Shown: one piece after another, positions 27,949 to 43,000 of the stretch | How positions within the stretch are numbered: position 1 is the stretch's first letter | Layout of the letters: the number at the start of each line of letters is the position of its first letter | From: Eledone cirrhosa | Lineage: Eukaryota | Assembly (NCBI GenBank): GCA_964016885.1 | Contig: OZ024741.1 | Span: 359,228,001-359,292,000, forward strand | DNA length: 64,000 bases | Reading direction: 5' to 3' | Notes under the pieces: model-generated | Told to the model about the DNA's origin: nothing | What the model saw: only the letters and a program-made list of their open reading frames with translations | Database searches by the model: none | Made by a program: the position numbers and the translations under genes

Positions 27949-28351
27949 TATAACGGGTTTTAGGGTCAATTCTTAATATACATAATAGAGATCAGAAAGC
28001 ATTTAGAACATTGACTAAATCCATTATCGATGTTGTAACTCTATTTATTAATCGTACATGTTGAACGGATACATTAGGTACAGGTCGTATCTACATGTGT
28101 AGGATGTAGTTTGGTCCGCTTCATTGCAAGATGGAGATGTTGTTAGCAGCGAGGAGTGTAGCCTGGTCTTGTCGATAAGAGAGGTGCGTGTAGACTAATG
28201 TCTCTCTTGGTCACCTCCGCTCACACTGGTGACGTAGTTCTGGACAGTCGAATTAGTACACCGAAGGTTTCGATTGGCTCACACTTCAGCCAACTTACCT
28301 CCGTAACACCATTCCGCCGCAGAAGGAAAATACATTTTATTCACTGCTACA
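27949..28351 (-). repeat. 5' LTR of Gypsy copy 1
   Basis: 403 bp TG...TA, followed on - by PBS TGGTGACCCCGACGTGAT. Confidence 0.95.
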
Positions 28352-28551
28352 TGAACACAGCAGATTTATCCCAGAGAAAGAGAGAGTGTGTGATAAAGAG
28401 GAAGTGAGAAAGAGATATAGAAGAAGAACGAACCTCAGTACTAGACTGGTATTATGTACTAGACTGGTATTATACTGCAAAGTATTCTATCTGATGTTCT
28501 AATAACAATTTGCCATCTCGTAACTATATATGCATACACATATACACTTAC

Positions 28552-28589
<38 letters not shown>

Positions 28590-28647
28590 TTGATATATAT
28601 TTATCCTTATCAAGCCCTCTTTGGATTTTAGTCTTCAAATTTATTAT

Positions 28648-31302
<2,655 letters not shown>

Positions 31303-31617
31303 TAGGAAAAAAGGAAAAAAAAACAGTAGAAAATGCTAAAGGGATTTTCTCTCAGAATAACATTTATTTACAAAATATGGATATATATATATATAAGAAG
31401 CAAAGAAAAATTTCAATGATATGAAAGATTTCCTGCTGGAAGTTCAAGTATACTCCGGCTTGGTATCCAGTTTCGGGGTGAAAATCCAATGAATTTGAGA
31501 GGTCTACATAAGTGTTAATATATATATGTAAGTAAAAGGTAAACAGAAATAACAACACAATCAGTACAGTATATGAAAGAAATATATTAGGTTAACACTT
31601 GAAATAGCAGGAAGAGG

Positions 31618-31655
31618 CTCTTGACGTTTCGGATGCTAGTCCTTCATCAGAAGAA
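31618..31655 (-). ncRNA. Minimal type-I hammerhead ribozyme
   Basis: Minus strand TTCTT-CTGATGA-A-GGA(ctagca)TCC-GAAA-CG-TC-AAGAG; palindromic ACGT helix III; GUC site. Confidence 0.8.
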
Positions 31656-32127
31656 AGAATGAGAAATAAGATAGATTGAAGGGACGGGCGGGTTGGAATT
31701 AGAAAAAATGTCTTTAGATAAAAATAACAGGTCCATTCATGTTGAAATCTCTCGGAAAACTGTTGATGCTGGCGTTTTGAGTATGATTTATTTTTTTAGA
31801 AAAGTGGATGATGGAGCGTGTCTACCTGAAATGGAAAAAAGAACGTTTTGTAAAAAGAGCTATACTTGTGCATATGCGTAAGCTTGTGTGTGTGTGTGTG
31901 TGTGTCTGAGTGATTAGAGAATTAGATTCTAAAACTAAAGTGCTAGTGAGTAGGAAAGAAGATAGGACCCAGATTCTCTTCCCCCATTCCGTTATCAGAG
32001 AAAAAGTCGATGGCAAGCATGTCGGAGGTCAGATTAGTTGAAAACACACGAAAAACCTTAATTTTTACCAATTTTATTTAGTAATATTAGCGATCAATGA
32101 ACAAACAAACTTCTTTTTTATAAGTTT

Positions 32128-32247
<120 letters not shown>

Positions 32248-32261
32248 ATTATATATATATA

Positions 32262-32739
32262 TATGTATGTATACGTACATACATATATGTATACAGACGT
32301 ACAGTAGTATATATGCATGTATCGGTTTACCGAACATTTATTATAACAGTCCGAATTACGCCGTACGGTGTTTAGGTAACCACGTCACCTTTTTGTTCAA
32401 CACTGACACAGGAACGATGTACTAGTTTCAAGTTTATTAGCTATCGTCAGCATCGTATACCTTCCTGCCAGATGGTTGAACGTCTGAAAGTATATACTTT
32501 CCTTATGCATATTAACGGCTGAGCAGCCTAATTTGCATATCGAGTGAGTTTAGCCGGCTGGGCGCACCGAAAACAATAAATGGAATAGAATGAAACGAAA
32601 TTTCATTTCTCACTCCTAGTACGGCAGTTACTTAAATGTAAGTATGTATGTATACGTACATACATATATGTATACATACTTACATTTAAGTAACTGCCGT
32701 ACTAAGAGTGAGAAATGAAATTTTGTTTCATTCTATTCC

Positions 32740-32745
<6 letters not shown>
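32262..32745 (-). mobile_element. Hammerhead-bearing 381-bp monomer with partial tandem repeat and fold-back end (Penelope pLTR/retrozyme-like)
   Basis: 34-bp start repeated at 32262 and 32643; inverted arms ~32576-32650 / 32671-32745; flanked by (TA)n. Confidence 0.7.
32414..32456 (-). ncRNA. Minimal type-I hammerhead ribozyme (weak helix II)
   Basis: Minus strand ACGATG-CTGACGA-tagctaataaactt-GAAA-CTAG-TA-CATCGT; perfect 6-bp helix I, ACTAGT palindrome. Confidence 0.7.
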
Positions 32746-32777
<32 letters not shown>

Positions 32778-33886
32778 CCAGTGTAGAATGTAGTAGAAAG
32801 ATACGAAGGGCAAATGATGTCAAATGAAACAAAACAAAACAAAACAAAGTAACGTTTTACCCAGTCTATTTCAATATGATATTTCAGGACTATTATCCTC
32901 TTTTCAGATGCGAAGCTGAAATAGTCCAAGACAATACAAATGAGTGATCAGAGTTTTATTCCCTAACTGGTCTATGTTTGTAAAACGCATGTGCATGCGC
33001 AGAGTCGCTATAGTAACCATTCTGCTTCATACATTTCTGACCTATTATTTATCTCTGGTTTTATTTGGCTGATGAAAATGACTTCATTAATCCTTAAATT
33101 TCCCATATTACTTTCTGCCGCCTCTATGGTGACCTCAATGTCTTGGTTGTGGCATCTGTCAAGATATTTTTGACAGAAGAGGCTCTCATTGTCACATGTT
33201 CCATGATCTGTGTGTGTAGCCTCCTTATGGTACTTTTGATGTATGAGCAGCTATATTTTTTGCATGTGATCTTATAAGCCACATATGCTCTCATGCATAC
33301 TTCTGCATTGTTGGTGGGACAATTAGGAAGTGTGTAGATATCACTGAATGTCTATTGGTGTCAGTGGAGCAGTCTCTTCTCTGAGGGTCCTAAGTGAGCC
33401 AGCTATGTATTCAGTCCCTCTCTACAGATGGTTTATCATATGGCAGCTGTCATCTTCTCATTCAAATGTGGCACCTTTTGGTAACATATATTATCCTTAG
33501 GGGCATGTATCCTCCTTGTACTTATATGTGTTGTTGCCTTGGCATTTCAGTGCTTGGTGAGAGGTTTTCAAACACATAGACCAGTTAGGGAAAAAACTCT
33601 GATCGTTCATTTGTTTTGTCTTGGGCTGTTTTAGCTTTGCATCTAAAAAGAGGGAATAACCCTGAAATATAAGGCTAAAATACACTGGGTAAAACATTAC
33701 TTTGTTTAGTTTTGTTTCATCTGTCATCATTTGCTCTTCACATTTTTCTACTTGATTGTACAGGCTTTAAAAAAAAATTATCAGTCTTTTACTACATATA
33801 CTACAATGCTTTGTATTAACTACCCAGCTATATATATGTGTATGTATACATATATATGTATACATATATATATATATATATATATA

Positions 33887-33977
33887 CAGGGTGTCCCCCA
33901 AAATTGTATATACACTTTTATTTCCTGTACAGGCAATATTTATTAGAATGGTGTATACATTTTTGGGGGACATCCTG

Positions 33978-33978
<1 letters not shown>
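33887..33978. mobile_element. Tc1/mariner-type MITE
   Basis: TA-cagggtgtcccccaaaattgtat...atacatttttgggggacatcctg-TA. Confidence 0.75.
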
Positions 33979-34010
<32 letters not shown>

Positions 34011-34035
34011 GTATGTATATATACATACATATATA

Positions 34036-34309
34036 TCATCATCATCATCATCATCGTTTAACGTCCATTCTCCACGCTAGCATGGGTCTGGACGGGAATT
34101 GTTCCACTTGAAGCAAGATTGGTTGTCTTGCTCAGGACTGTCTGGCGGGTTTTCTACGGCTGGGTGCCCTTCCCAACACCAACCACGTTTACAGTGTGTA
34201 CTGGGAGGTTTTTACCGTGTTACCTACACGGCCACATTACAGCGTGGACTGTGTGTTTTTTTGTCGTGACACCTACACGACCTCATTCGTTTCGGACTGG
34301 ATGTTGTGG
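34036..34309 (-). mobile_element. 3' terminus of the RTE LINE, displaced by the Gypsy insertion
   Basis: Ends in aacgatgatgat...(GAT)n on -; joins 40053 across the GTGG TSD. Confidence 0.75.
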
Positions 34310-34714
34310 TGTAGCAGTGAATAAAATGTATTTTCCTTCTGCGGCGGAATGGTGTTACGGAGGTAAGTTGGCTGAAGTGTGAGCCAATCGAAACCTTCGG
34401 TGTACTAATTCGACTGTCCAGAACTACGTCACCAGTGTGAGCGGAGGTGACCAAGAGAGACATTAGTCTACACGCACCTCTCTTATCGACAAGACCAGGC
34501 TACACTCCTCGCTGCTAACAACATCTCCATCTTGCAATGAAGCGGACCAAACTACATCCTACACATGTAGATACGACCTGTACCTAATGTATCCGTTCAA
34601 CATGTACGATTAATAAATAGAGTTACAACATCGATAATGGATTTAGTCAATGTTCTAAATGCCTTCTGATCTCTATTATGTATATTAAGAATTGACCCTA
34701 AAACCCGTTATAAA

Positions 34715-34732
34715 TGGTGACCCCGACGTGAT
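34715..34732 (+). promoter_or_regulatory. Primer-binding site complementary to the tRNA-Trp 3' end
   Basis: TGGTGACCCCGACGTGAT, 2 nt after the LTR. Confidence 0.93.
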
Positions 34733-35378
34733 ACGATACAACAAATCACGTTATAAATGGTGACCCGAACGTTTAAGGACATCAACACAGAAGAAACCAC
34801 ATCTTTCCGTTGCAACGAACACACCAACATTTCGCACCCCCCCCCCCCCCCCAAAAAAAAACCACTCGCCTTTTCTCGGGGTATGTACGCGATTAGCGTG
34901 AGTCCTAATATGTATTTGATATATTGTCTTATTGTTACTAAATCTGCACATCACACCTTCACTTTCTAACATCACCGAACACATGCGTTAATACAAAAAT
35001 CTTATTTTTTCCTCTCAATTTCTGATTGGGCGACGCTATAAAAAAAACTAAAAAAAAAACTGTTGGCGCTGATAGCCGGTCAGAGCAAGATGGCCGACTT
35101 CCGTCTTCTTCAGCTGTTTTCCCGCCAAAATGACGGAGGCAACGCCATTTTGAAAAATACACAAAAAATAAAAATAAAAAATAATAGGACAAAGATAAAT
35201 CATAATTTTTTTTTTTAAAGCTTGACGTTTTTCCCTCCAACATTGTTTTTGATATATTTTTCTTTTTCTGTCCTTCACTCGGATTATATTTTTTCTTGGC
35301 CTGAATTTTCACTTTTGTCTCGGTGACAAGTGCAGTGTTGTCCTTTCTTTGCCCTTTGCTTTTACATCAGTATACACA

Positions 35379-36287
35379 ATGGGTAGCACTTCATTGCCAC
35401 CGTTTACCGGTGACGTCACTGTCTGGTTCGCCCAGATAGAAGCACATTTCACAGCGAATAACATCACCAGTGACCACAGACAGTTAAATCTCCTGTTAAG
35501 CGCTTTTCCAGCGTCATTGACGTCGGTCGTCAAAGACTTAATTACCGATCCTCGCCCTGGGGCCTCCTATGAGAGCGTGAAGCTCGAAGTGTTGCGGCGG
35601 ACCACATTGTCTGCAGAAAAAAAATTTCAGACGCTCGTCAATGACGAACATTTGGGTGATCGGACGCCCACACAACTACTGCGTCGGATGAGAGAGCTGG
35701 CGGAAGATGCCCCAGCTGACAGTGCCCTCCTTAGACAGCTTTTTGTCTCAAGGCTACCCCCCGGAGTTCAGGCGATCTTAGCGCCCATGATGGAGGCTGC
35801 TCCTGTCGACCAGCTAGCGGCTTCGGCCGACAGGGTTATGAGTGTCATCGGACACCCAGCCTCATTTGCCCCCTTCCAGGCACCTCAGCCACCGGCTGCG
35901 GTCAATCCGTTCTCTCCTGCCTCCTTCCAGGCACCCCAGCCACCGGCTGCGGTCAATCCGTTCGCTCCTGTCTCCTTCAATGCATCCCAGCCGCCGACTG
36001 CGGTCGCTTCCTTCACTCCAGCGGCTGCCAGTTATACCGACCAGTCACTTGCAAATGCAGCAATGCTGCAAGCAATAGAGCAGCTAACCAAGGAAGTGAG
36101 AAAACTAAGCACTCACAGGGCTCATTCGCCCAGACGCCGTTTCCAGAGCCGTTCACCCTCGCCACGACGCCGTCACACAAGCAGTTCAGGTTTGTGTTAC
36201 TACCACAGCCGTTTTGGCGCAGCAGCACGCTCCTGTAAACAGCCTTGTACATTTTCAGACCAGGGAAACAGATTTCAGGAGACCTGA
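35379..36287 (+). CDS. gag: Gag of Gypsy copy 2
   Basis: ATG 35379; CHCC knuckle [18 protein letters not shown]; ~3x 51-bp Pro/Ala repeat at 35872-36020. Confidence 0.93.
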   Translation: MGSTSLPPFTGDVTVWFAQIEAHFTANNITSDHRQLNLLLSAFPASLTSVVKDLITDPRPGASYESVKLEVLRRTTLSAEKKFQTLVNDEHLGDRTPTQLLRRMRELAEDAPADSALLRQLFVSRLPPGVQAILAPMMEAAPVDQLAASADRVMSVIGHPASFAPFQAPQPPAAVNPFSPASFQAPQPPAAVNPFAPVSFNASQPPTAVASFTPAAASYTDQSLANAAMLQAIEQLTKEVRKLSTHRAHSPRRRFQSRSPSPRRRHTSSSGLCYYHSRFGAAARSCKQPCTFSDQGNRFQET

Positions 36288-39200
36288 GCACGGCACAGTC
36301 TCCTCTGACCCTCCCTAATAACCGTGTGTTTTTCATCACAGACACTGAGTCGCAAGCACGTTGTCTGATCGACACCGGCGCGGCTTGTAGCATTTGGCCG
36401 CTAAAACTTCTCAAAGAGAAGCCCCAACTCTCAACCGTCTCTCTGCAAGCAGTAAACCAGTCACCGATCCCCACGTACGGTCAGATTTCTCGTTCTTTGA
36501 ACCTGGAATTGCGTAGAGATTTCACGTGGATCTTCACTGTTGCTGATCTGCCTTACCCCATCCTAGGCTCAGATTTCCTGCACCACTATAACTTGATAGT
36601 GGATATGCGCAGACGCCGGTTGTTGGATGCCAACACAGAACTGTCTGTGCCGGGTACCAGATCGACTGTCTCGTCAGTCAGCCCGGTCTTCTTTATCGCT
36701 GCTACAGAAGATCCTTACCAATCACTTTTGCATTCCTTCCCGGAATTAACAAATTTGAATTTTGTGATGAGTGAGCCTACTCACTCCACCAAGCACCACA
36801 TTGAAACATCCGGAGCTCCTGTGTTTTCGCGCCCTCGCCGTCTCTCTGCTGAGAAACTGAAGGCCGCAAGGGCTGAATTCAATCACATGCTGCAGCTCGG
36901 GATCATTCGCCCATCCTCAAGCCCGTGGGCCGCACCCTTGCATTTGGTACCAAAGCGTTCCGGTGATTGGCGTCCCACTGGGGACTTTCGCCGATTAAAT
37001 GCAATGACGGTACCCGACCGCTACCCGATACCACACATACAGGATTTTGCATCTTCGCTGCATGGATGCAACATATTCTCCAAATTGGATTTGGTCAAAG
37101 CATACCACCAAATCCCGGTGAACCCGGCAGACATACCTAAAACTGCAGTAACAACTCCATTTGGAGCGTTTGAATTTTTGACCATGCCTTTCGGTTTGCG
37201 AAACGCAGCCAGCACGTTCCAACGATTTATGGATGAAGTTGTGCGCGATTTAGACTTCGTGTACAACTACATCGACGACATTCTTGTGGCAAGTGCCTCA
37301 CCTGAGGAACATGTCAATCACCTCCGTCTCCTGTTCGAGAGATTTCAAAAATACCAAGTGAGAATTAATCCGGCAAAATGTGTTTTCGGTGCTTCCTCAC
37401 TTGTCTTCTTGGGCCATGTCATCAGCCCAGAAGGAATTTCGCCACTACCTGATAAAGTGAAAGCGGTACAAGACCTCCAACCACCCACTTCACTTCGTCA
37501 ACTACGACATTTCCTTGGGCTACTGAACTATTACAGGCGCTTTATCCCACACTGTGCGGATCTCCTGTCTCCTCTGTCCGACCTGTTATGTAACAGGAAA
37601 AAGAAGAACGATTCCATTTCATTGGACACGAATCAGCTAAAAGCCTTCGACGAAGCTTGCGGAAGCTTGCGGAGACATCACTGCTTGCACATCCTGTGTC
37701 TGGTGCCCAGTTTTCACTGGTTGTTGATGCATCAGGCACAGCTGTAGGTGCAGTACTGCAACAACATCACCAACAACAGTTACAACCTCTTGCCTACTTT
37801 TCTAAACAGCTGAAGCCTGCAGAAACACGGTATAGCACATTCGGCCGTGAACTCTTGGCTATGTACCTTGCAGTGAAACACTTTCGGCATTCACTGGAGG
37901 GTCGCCAATTTGTTATATACACTGACCACCGTCCGCTTACGTTCGCACTGCGTTCTAAGCCGGACAAATATTCACCTCGCGAAACTCGCCACTTGGACTT
38001 CGTTTCGCAATTTACCAGCGATATCCGACACATCTCTGGTGAACAGAATGCGGCAGCAGATGCACTGTCTCGCCTCCCAATTAATTCCCTGTCATCGCCA
38101 GCGGAAATCGACCTCCAACGAATGGCCACAGAACAACCACCTCTGGATACTTTGGACCTCTCGTCTTCTGAATTTGCAACTGGCAAATTTGCATATCTGC
38201 CTGTGCCCACTTCGGACACACAGATTATCTGCGACACCTCGACAGATGCACCTCGCCCTCTAGTGCCAGTGACTCATCGTCGAGCAGTTTTCGACACCTT
38301 GCACGGTCTGGCACACCCTGGAATATCGACCACAGTGAAGCTCATTTCGGCTAGATTCTTCTGGCCTAATATGAGGCGTGACATCACTGCCTGGACACGT
38401 TCCTGCCTATCCTGCCAAAAGTCAAAGGTGCACAAACACATCCGCGCACCCCTTGGAACTTTCAGCACTCCAGACGCTAGGTTCAGCCATGTCCATATAG
38501 ATCTTGTCGGACCATGGCCGGTCAGCCGAGGATTTACATACCTCCTGACCTGCATAGATCGCTTCACACGTTGGCCTGAGGCCATTCCTTTAAGTGACAT
38601 TTCGGCGGAATCTGTGGCGCGAGCTCTAGTATCGGGTTGGATATCGCGTTACGGAGTTCCTGCCACTATCACCACTGACCGCGGTGGACAATTTGAGTCA
38701 CACCTTTTCCGAGAGCTTTCAAGGATCCTGGGAATGCAACGCATTCGAACGACCAGCTACCATCCAGCTTCTAACGGAATGATTGAACGCTTCCACCGCC
38801 AATTGAAAGCCGCACTGCGCGCTTATCCGGATCAGCAGCGGTGGAGCGAATATGTACCAATTGTCCTCCTGGGCTGTCGTGCAGCCATCAAGGAAGATCT
38901 AGGCTACTCCCCCGCCGAGTTGGTTTACGGAGTGCCTATATCTCTGCCTGGTCAGATGTTAGCTCCATTGGACCTACCAGCAACAGACCCAGCTCTGTAT
39001 GTGAGCAGACTGCAATCATATTTCAGCAATCTTCCGCCTATGCACCCTCGCCAACAGACAATCAAATCTTCGGTCCCGAAAGACATTGCTTCATGGACCC
39101 ACGACTTTTTACGAAAGGACGCCGTGAGAGCTCCTCTCATGCCACCTTATACCGGTCCCTATCGCGTGCTTGAGCGCACAGATAAGCTATTCACCCTAGA

Positions 39201-39423
39201 CATTGGGGGTAAAAAAGAGACTGTGTCCATTGACAGGGTAAAACGGGCCTATACAGACACTCTCACACAAGAGCCCCATTTTCCCCCCACATACACCTGG
39301 CATCAGCCAAGCCACAATACACATATAACATCGCACACACCTACACCTACATATGTCACCACCACACGTAGCGGTCGGCGAGTACATTGGCCCAAGAAGC
39401 TTTGCAAGACTCTTTATATATGA
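36245..39423 (+). pseudogene. pol: pol (PR-RT-RH-IN) of Gypsy copy 2, single frameshift at ~37655
   Basis: ORFs 36245-37747 (DTGA, YIDD) and 37657-39423 (DAS..ELLA..TDH, HHCC, DDE, GPY). Confidence 0.93.
36263..36327 (+). promoter_or_regulatory. -1 ribosomal frameshift signal (slippery heptamer plus predicted pseudoknot)
   Basis: G GGA AAC in the gag frame; stem1 AGGAGAC/GTCTCCT, stem2 CACGG/CCGTG; pol is in the -1 frame; mirror at 26383-26389 on -. Confidence 0.85.
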
Positions 39424-40052
39424 ACTATGTTATTTACAGCAATCTTCTTGGAGTTTGCTCCGCCCTTGTATTTGTATTAAATGTATGAACTAAGGTGAAC
39501 ATTACACTATTTCTGACTTTCCTGTAATATGAACATTTCTTTATCAGTGATATATTTTATTGTGTTTACTATTATATAGTACTTTTTCTTTCATTCAACT
39601 GCTACCCTTATTTCTCTGTCGGCTGTAAGCCTAAGCAGGGGGTGATGTAGCAGTGAATAAAATGTATTTTCCTTCTGCAGCGGAATGGTGTTACGGAGGT
39701 AAGTTGGCTGAAGTGTGAGCCAATCGAAACCTTCGGTGTACTAATTCGACTGTCCAGAACTACGTCACCAGTGTGAGCGGAGGTGACCAAGAGAGACATT
39801 AGTCTACACGCACCTCTCTTATCGACAAGACCAGGCTACACCCCTCGCTGCTAACAACATCTCCATCTTGCAATGAAGCGGACCAAACTACATCCTACAC
39901 ATGTAGATACGACCTGTACCTAATGTATCCGTTCAACATGTACGATTAATAAATAGAGTTACAACATCGATAATGGATTTAGTCAATGTTCTAAATGCCT
40001 TCTGATCTCTATTATGTATATTAAGAATTGACCCTAAAACCCGTTATAGTGG

Positions 40053-43000
40053 TACCAACATAACTTTACATTTAAGGGGGTGGTGTGGATGGGGTGGGGG
40101 TAGTGGGACGGGGGGTGTATTTTGTTAGAGGTGCCTACTGACTGTAGGTTTCGCTTTGTACTTAGGCAAGGCGGGTCTTCTGTATAACTGTGTAGCGCCA
40201 AAGATCTCGGTCCAGTGACATTGTCTTGGAGAGGTGTAAGTGTGTGAGGTCGGAATTTATCAAGTCGTCCCAGGTTTTTCTGGGTCTGCCTACTCCGTGG
40301 CTACCGTCTATCTTTATCGCCCTGCACTTTTTTTATACAGCTGTCGTCTTTCATGCGCATCACGTGACCGTACCAACGTAGTCTTCTCTCGAGTAAACAA
40401 CATCTGATCCCTCTTATTCCTAATTTCTCCCTTAGTTCGTTTATGCTTTGCCGTTCACGTATATTACTATTACACATCCAGCGGAGCATGCAAGCTTCGT
40501 TTCTCTCCAGTCTGCGTATATCCTCTGCACACAATGCCCAGGTCTCACTGCCATGTAACATTGCTGTTCGTATGCAGGCATCATACAGCCTGCCTTTCAT
40601 TTTTAGAGAGAACCATTTAGCGGCCAATAGTGGTATAAGCTCTCTGAACTTTTTCCATCCCGTTCTGACTCTAGCTACTGTACTTTCAGAGCACCCTCCC
40701 CCACTGCTGATTTTGTCACCCAGGTAACGGAAGCTGTCCACTATTTCTATAGAACCATCTGTGCAATGGAATGAGCTAGTATTCTGTGGGCACTTGGTGC
40801 TACTTATTGCACCAGAGCATCGGCCACATATAAAATCTATATTCTTAGTTAGCTTACCTGTGATCCCACTACATCTTTTATGCACCCATACTTTGCATTT
40901 GGGACATAAAATGGAGTTTCTGCCTACTCCTTTCCTACACACTGAGCATGGCCATTTCCCAGATGGGACCGTCGCCTTATTTTCCTTCCTACAAACTAGA
41001 ACTTTAGTCTTAGACAAGTTAACTTTAAGGCCTTTTGATTCTAGGCCATGCTTCCATGTTTGAAATTTCTTCTCTAGTTCAGCCATTGATTCAGCTATGA
41101 GCGTTAGATCATCTGCATATAGGAGTTCCCATGGGCAGCCGGTCTTGAACTCCTCTGTTATAGCCTGAAGGGCAATAATAAATAGTAGGGGGCTAAGGAC
41201 GGAGCCCTGATGAACACCAACATTGACGCTAAACTCTTCACTATATTCGTTGTTAATTCTAACCTTGCTGACTGTTTCTTTATACATGGCTTGTATAGCT
41301 CTCACAAGCCATTCATCAACACCTAGTTTTCTAAGGGCCCACCAGATAATCGAGCGGGGTACTCTGTCAAAGGCTTTCTCCAAGTCAACAAAGGCTAAGT
41401 ATAGGGGTTTACTTTTAGCTAGGTACTTCTCCTGTAGTTGTCGTACAATGAAAAGAGCGTCTGTTGTACTTTTACCTGACACAAACCCGAACTGCATTTC
41501 GTCTAGATCAATTCGCTCTCTGATTAGTTGCACTATTATTTTTTCTGTGACCTTCATGACCTGGTCAATTAATTTAATGCCTCTATAGTTTCCCCTATCT
41601 AGGGCATCACCTTTACCCTTGTAGCAGTTAATGATGATGCTGCTGCGCCAGTCCTTCGGAACGACTCCATTCTGTATGACTTGGTTTACTATCCGAGTGA
41701 CCATAGTGTGTCCCACCGTTCCAGATGCTTTCAGCATTTCAGCAACTATTTCCGAAGGCCCGGCCGCCTTGCCCGTCTTCATGTCTTTGATCGCCTTACT
41801 TATTATACTACCTTCAATTTGCACTGCTGGTCCCTCTATTGGGTCGATGTGGGGGAGACTGTCTTTCTCCCAATTATTCTCCTCATTTAGTAGCCTTTCG
41901 TAGTGACACTTCCAGGCCACCTTCTTATCAGCGTCAGTGATGGCAAGTACACCATCATCATTAAGGACACACTTCTCCCCGACAATATCACTGTTTTCCT
42001 TGACACATTGCCTAGCAATCCTGAACACCTCACGTTTTTGGTCCTCGCGTTGTAGAACATGCTTGAACTTTCTTTCCTCTGCTTCCCTTCTTGCGAAGTA
42101 CACTTGTCTCCTAGCTTCCCTCCTGGCCACTTGATAGTCTTCTCTACTTCCCCCATCCCGCCATACTTTCCAAGCCTGCTTTTTGGCCTTAATTGACTCC
42201 TCCACCTTACTGTTCCACCACCATGTTACTCTGCTCCTGCCTACAGGCCTGTTCCAGCCACAGACTTCGTCCGCCACCATCAGCAGGTTTGCTTTCAGGA
42301 ACTCCCACTGTTCCTCTATATTGTACGACTCCAATTGCTCTTCCTTACTCTCGAAAGCATCAAGTAATATGCTTTTAAATTTATTTCTGGCTGTGGAGTC
42401 TTTTAACTTCCATATTTTTCTCCAGAGGATAGTCCTCTTCTGTTGTCGAGTACGTCTCGTCCTGACTATGAGGTCGCTAATTATGAGTCTATGTTGAGAG
42501 GTGCATTCTTCATGGGGGAGGGATTTAGTGTTTACAACAGACACTGTCACATCTCCTGGCAAGGATATAATCTACCTGGCTTGTGTGTTCCCCCGATCTA
42601 TAGGTGATCAAGTGATTGTCTCGTTTTTTGAAGTTAGTGTTACAGATAGTTAGGTTATTTGCGTCACAGAATTCCAGGATTCTGGAGCCTTCCTCATTTC
42701 TAGTACCAAACCCATAGCCTCCATGGATTCCGTCATAGCCGTCACAATGTTGTCCAACGTGACCATTTAGGTCGCCAGCGATAACTATGTAGTCACTGTC
42801 GGTTATTTGGGAGGTAGTGAGCATTAACGTCTCATAGAGTCTGTCTTTTATAACGCCAGGCAGTCCGGATTGTGGTGTATATGCAGATATTATTGTCACA
42901 GTAGTTCTATTGAGGACAAGTCTTATTTTAATTATTCTGTCGTTCACTCTATTTACGTCTATTATCTTATCTGCCCACTTTTCTGCTACCATGATTCCTA

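Larger units (their letters stand above)
22603..28351 (-). mobile_element. Full-length Gypsy LTR retrotransposon, CsRn1/Kabuki clade (copy 1)
   Basis: LTRs 27949-28351 (5') and 22603-23004 (3'); TSD TGAA at 22599-22602 and 28352-28355; tRNA-Trp PBS 27929-27946; CHCC gag knuckle; PR-RT-RH-IN order. Confidence 0.97.
34310..40048 (+). mobile_element. Full-length Gypsy LTR retrotransposon, CsRn1/Kabuki clade (copy 2)
   Basis: LTRs 34310-34712 and 39646-40048 (2 differences seen); TSD GTGG at 34306-34309 and 40049-40052; PBS 34715-34732; PPT 39633-39645. Confidence 0.97.

Noticed and set aside
36013-39387. Antisense and overlapping ORFs (153, 147, 108, 110 aa) conserved in both Gypsy copies
   Set aside because: Conservation is trivial because the copies are near-identical; no motifs; shadows of gag/pol. 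No env-like ORF between pol and the 3' LTR
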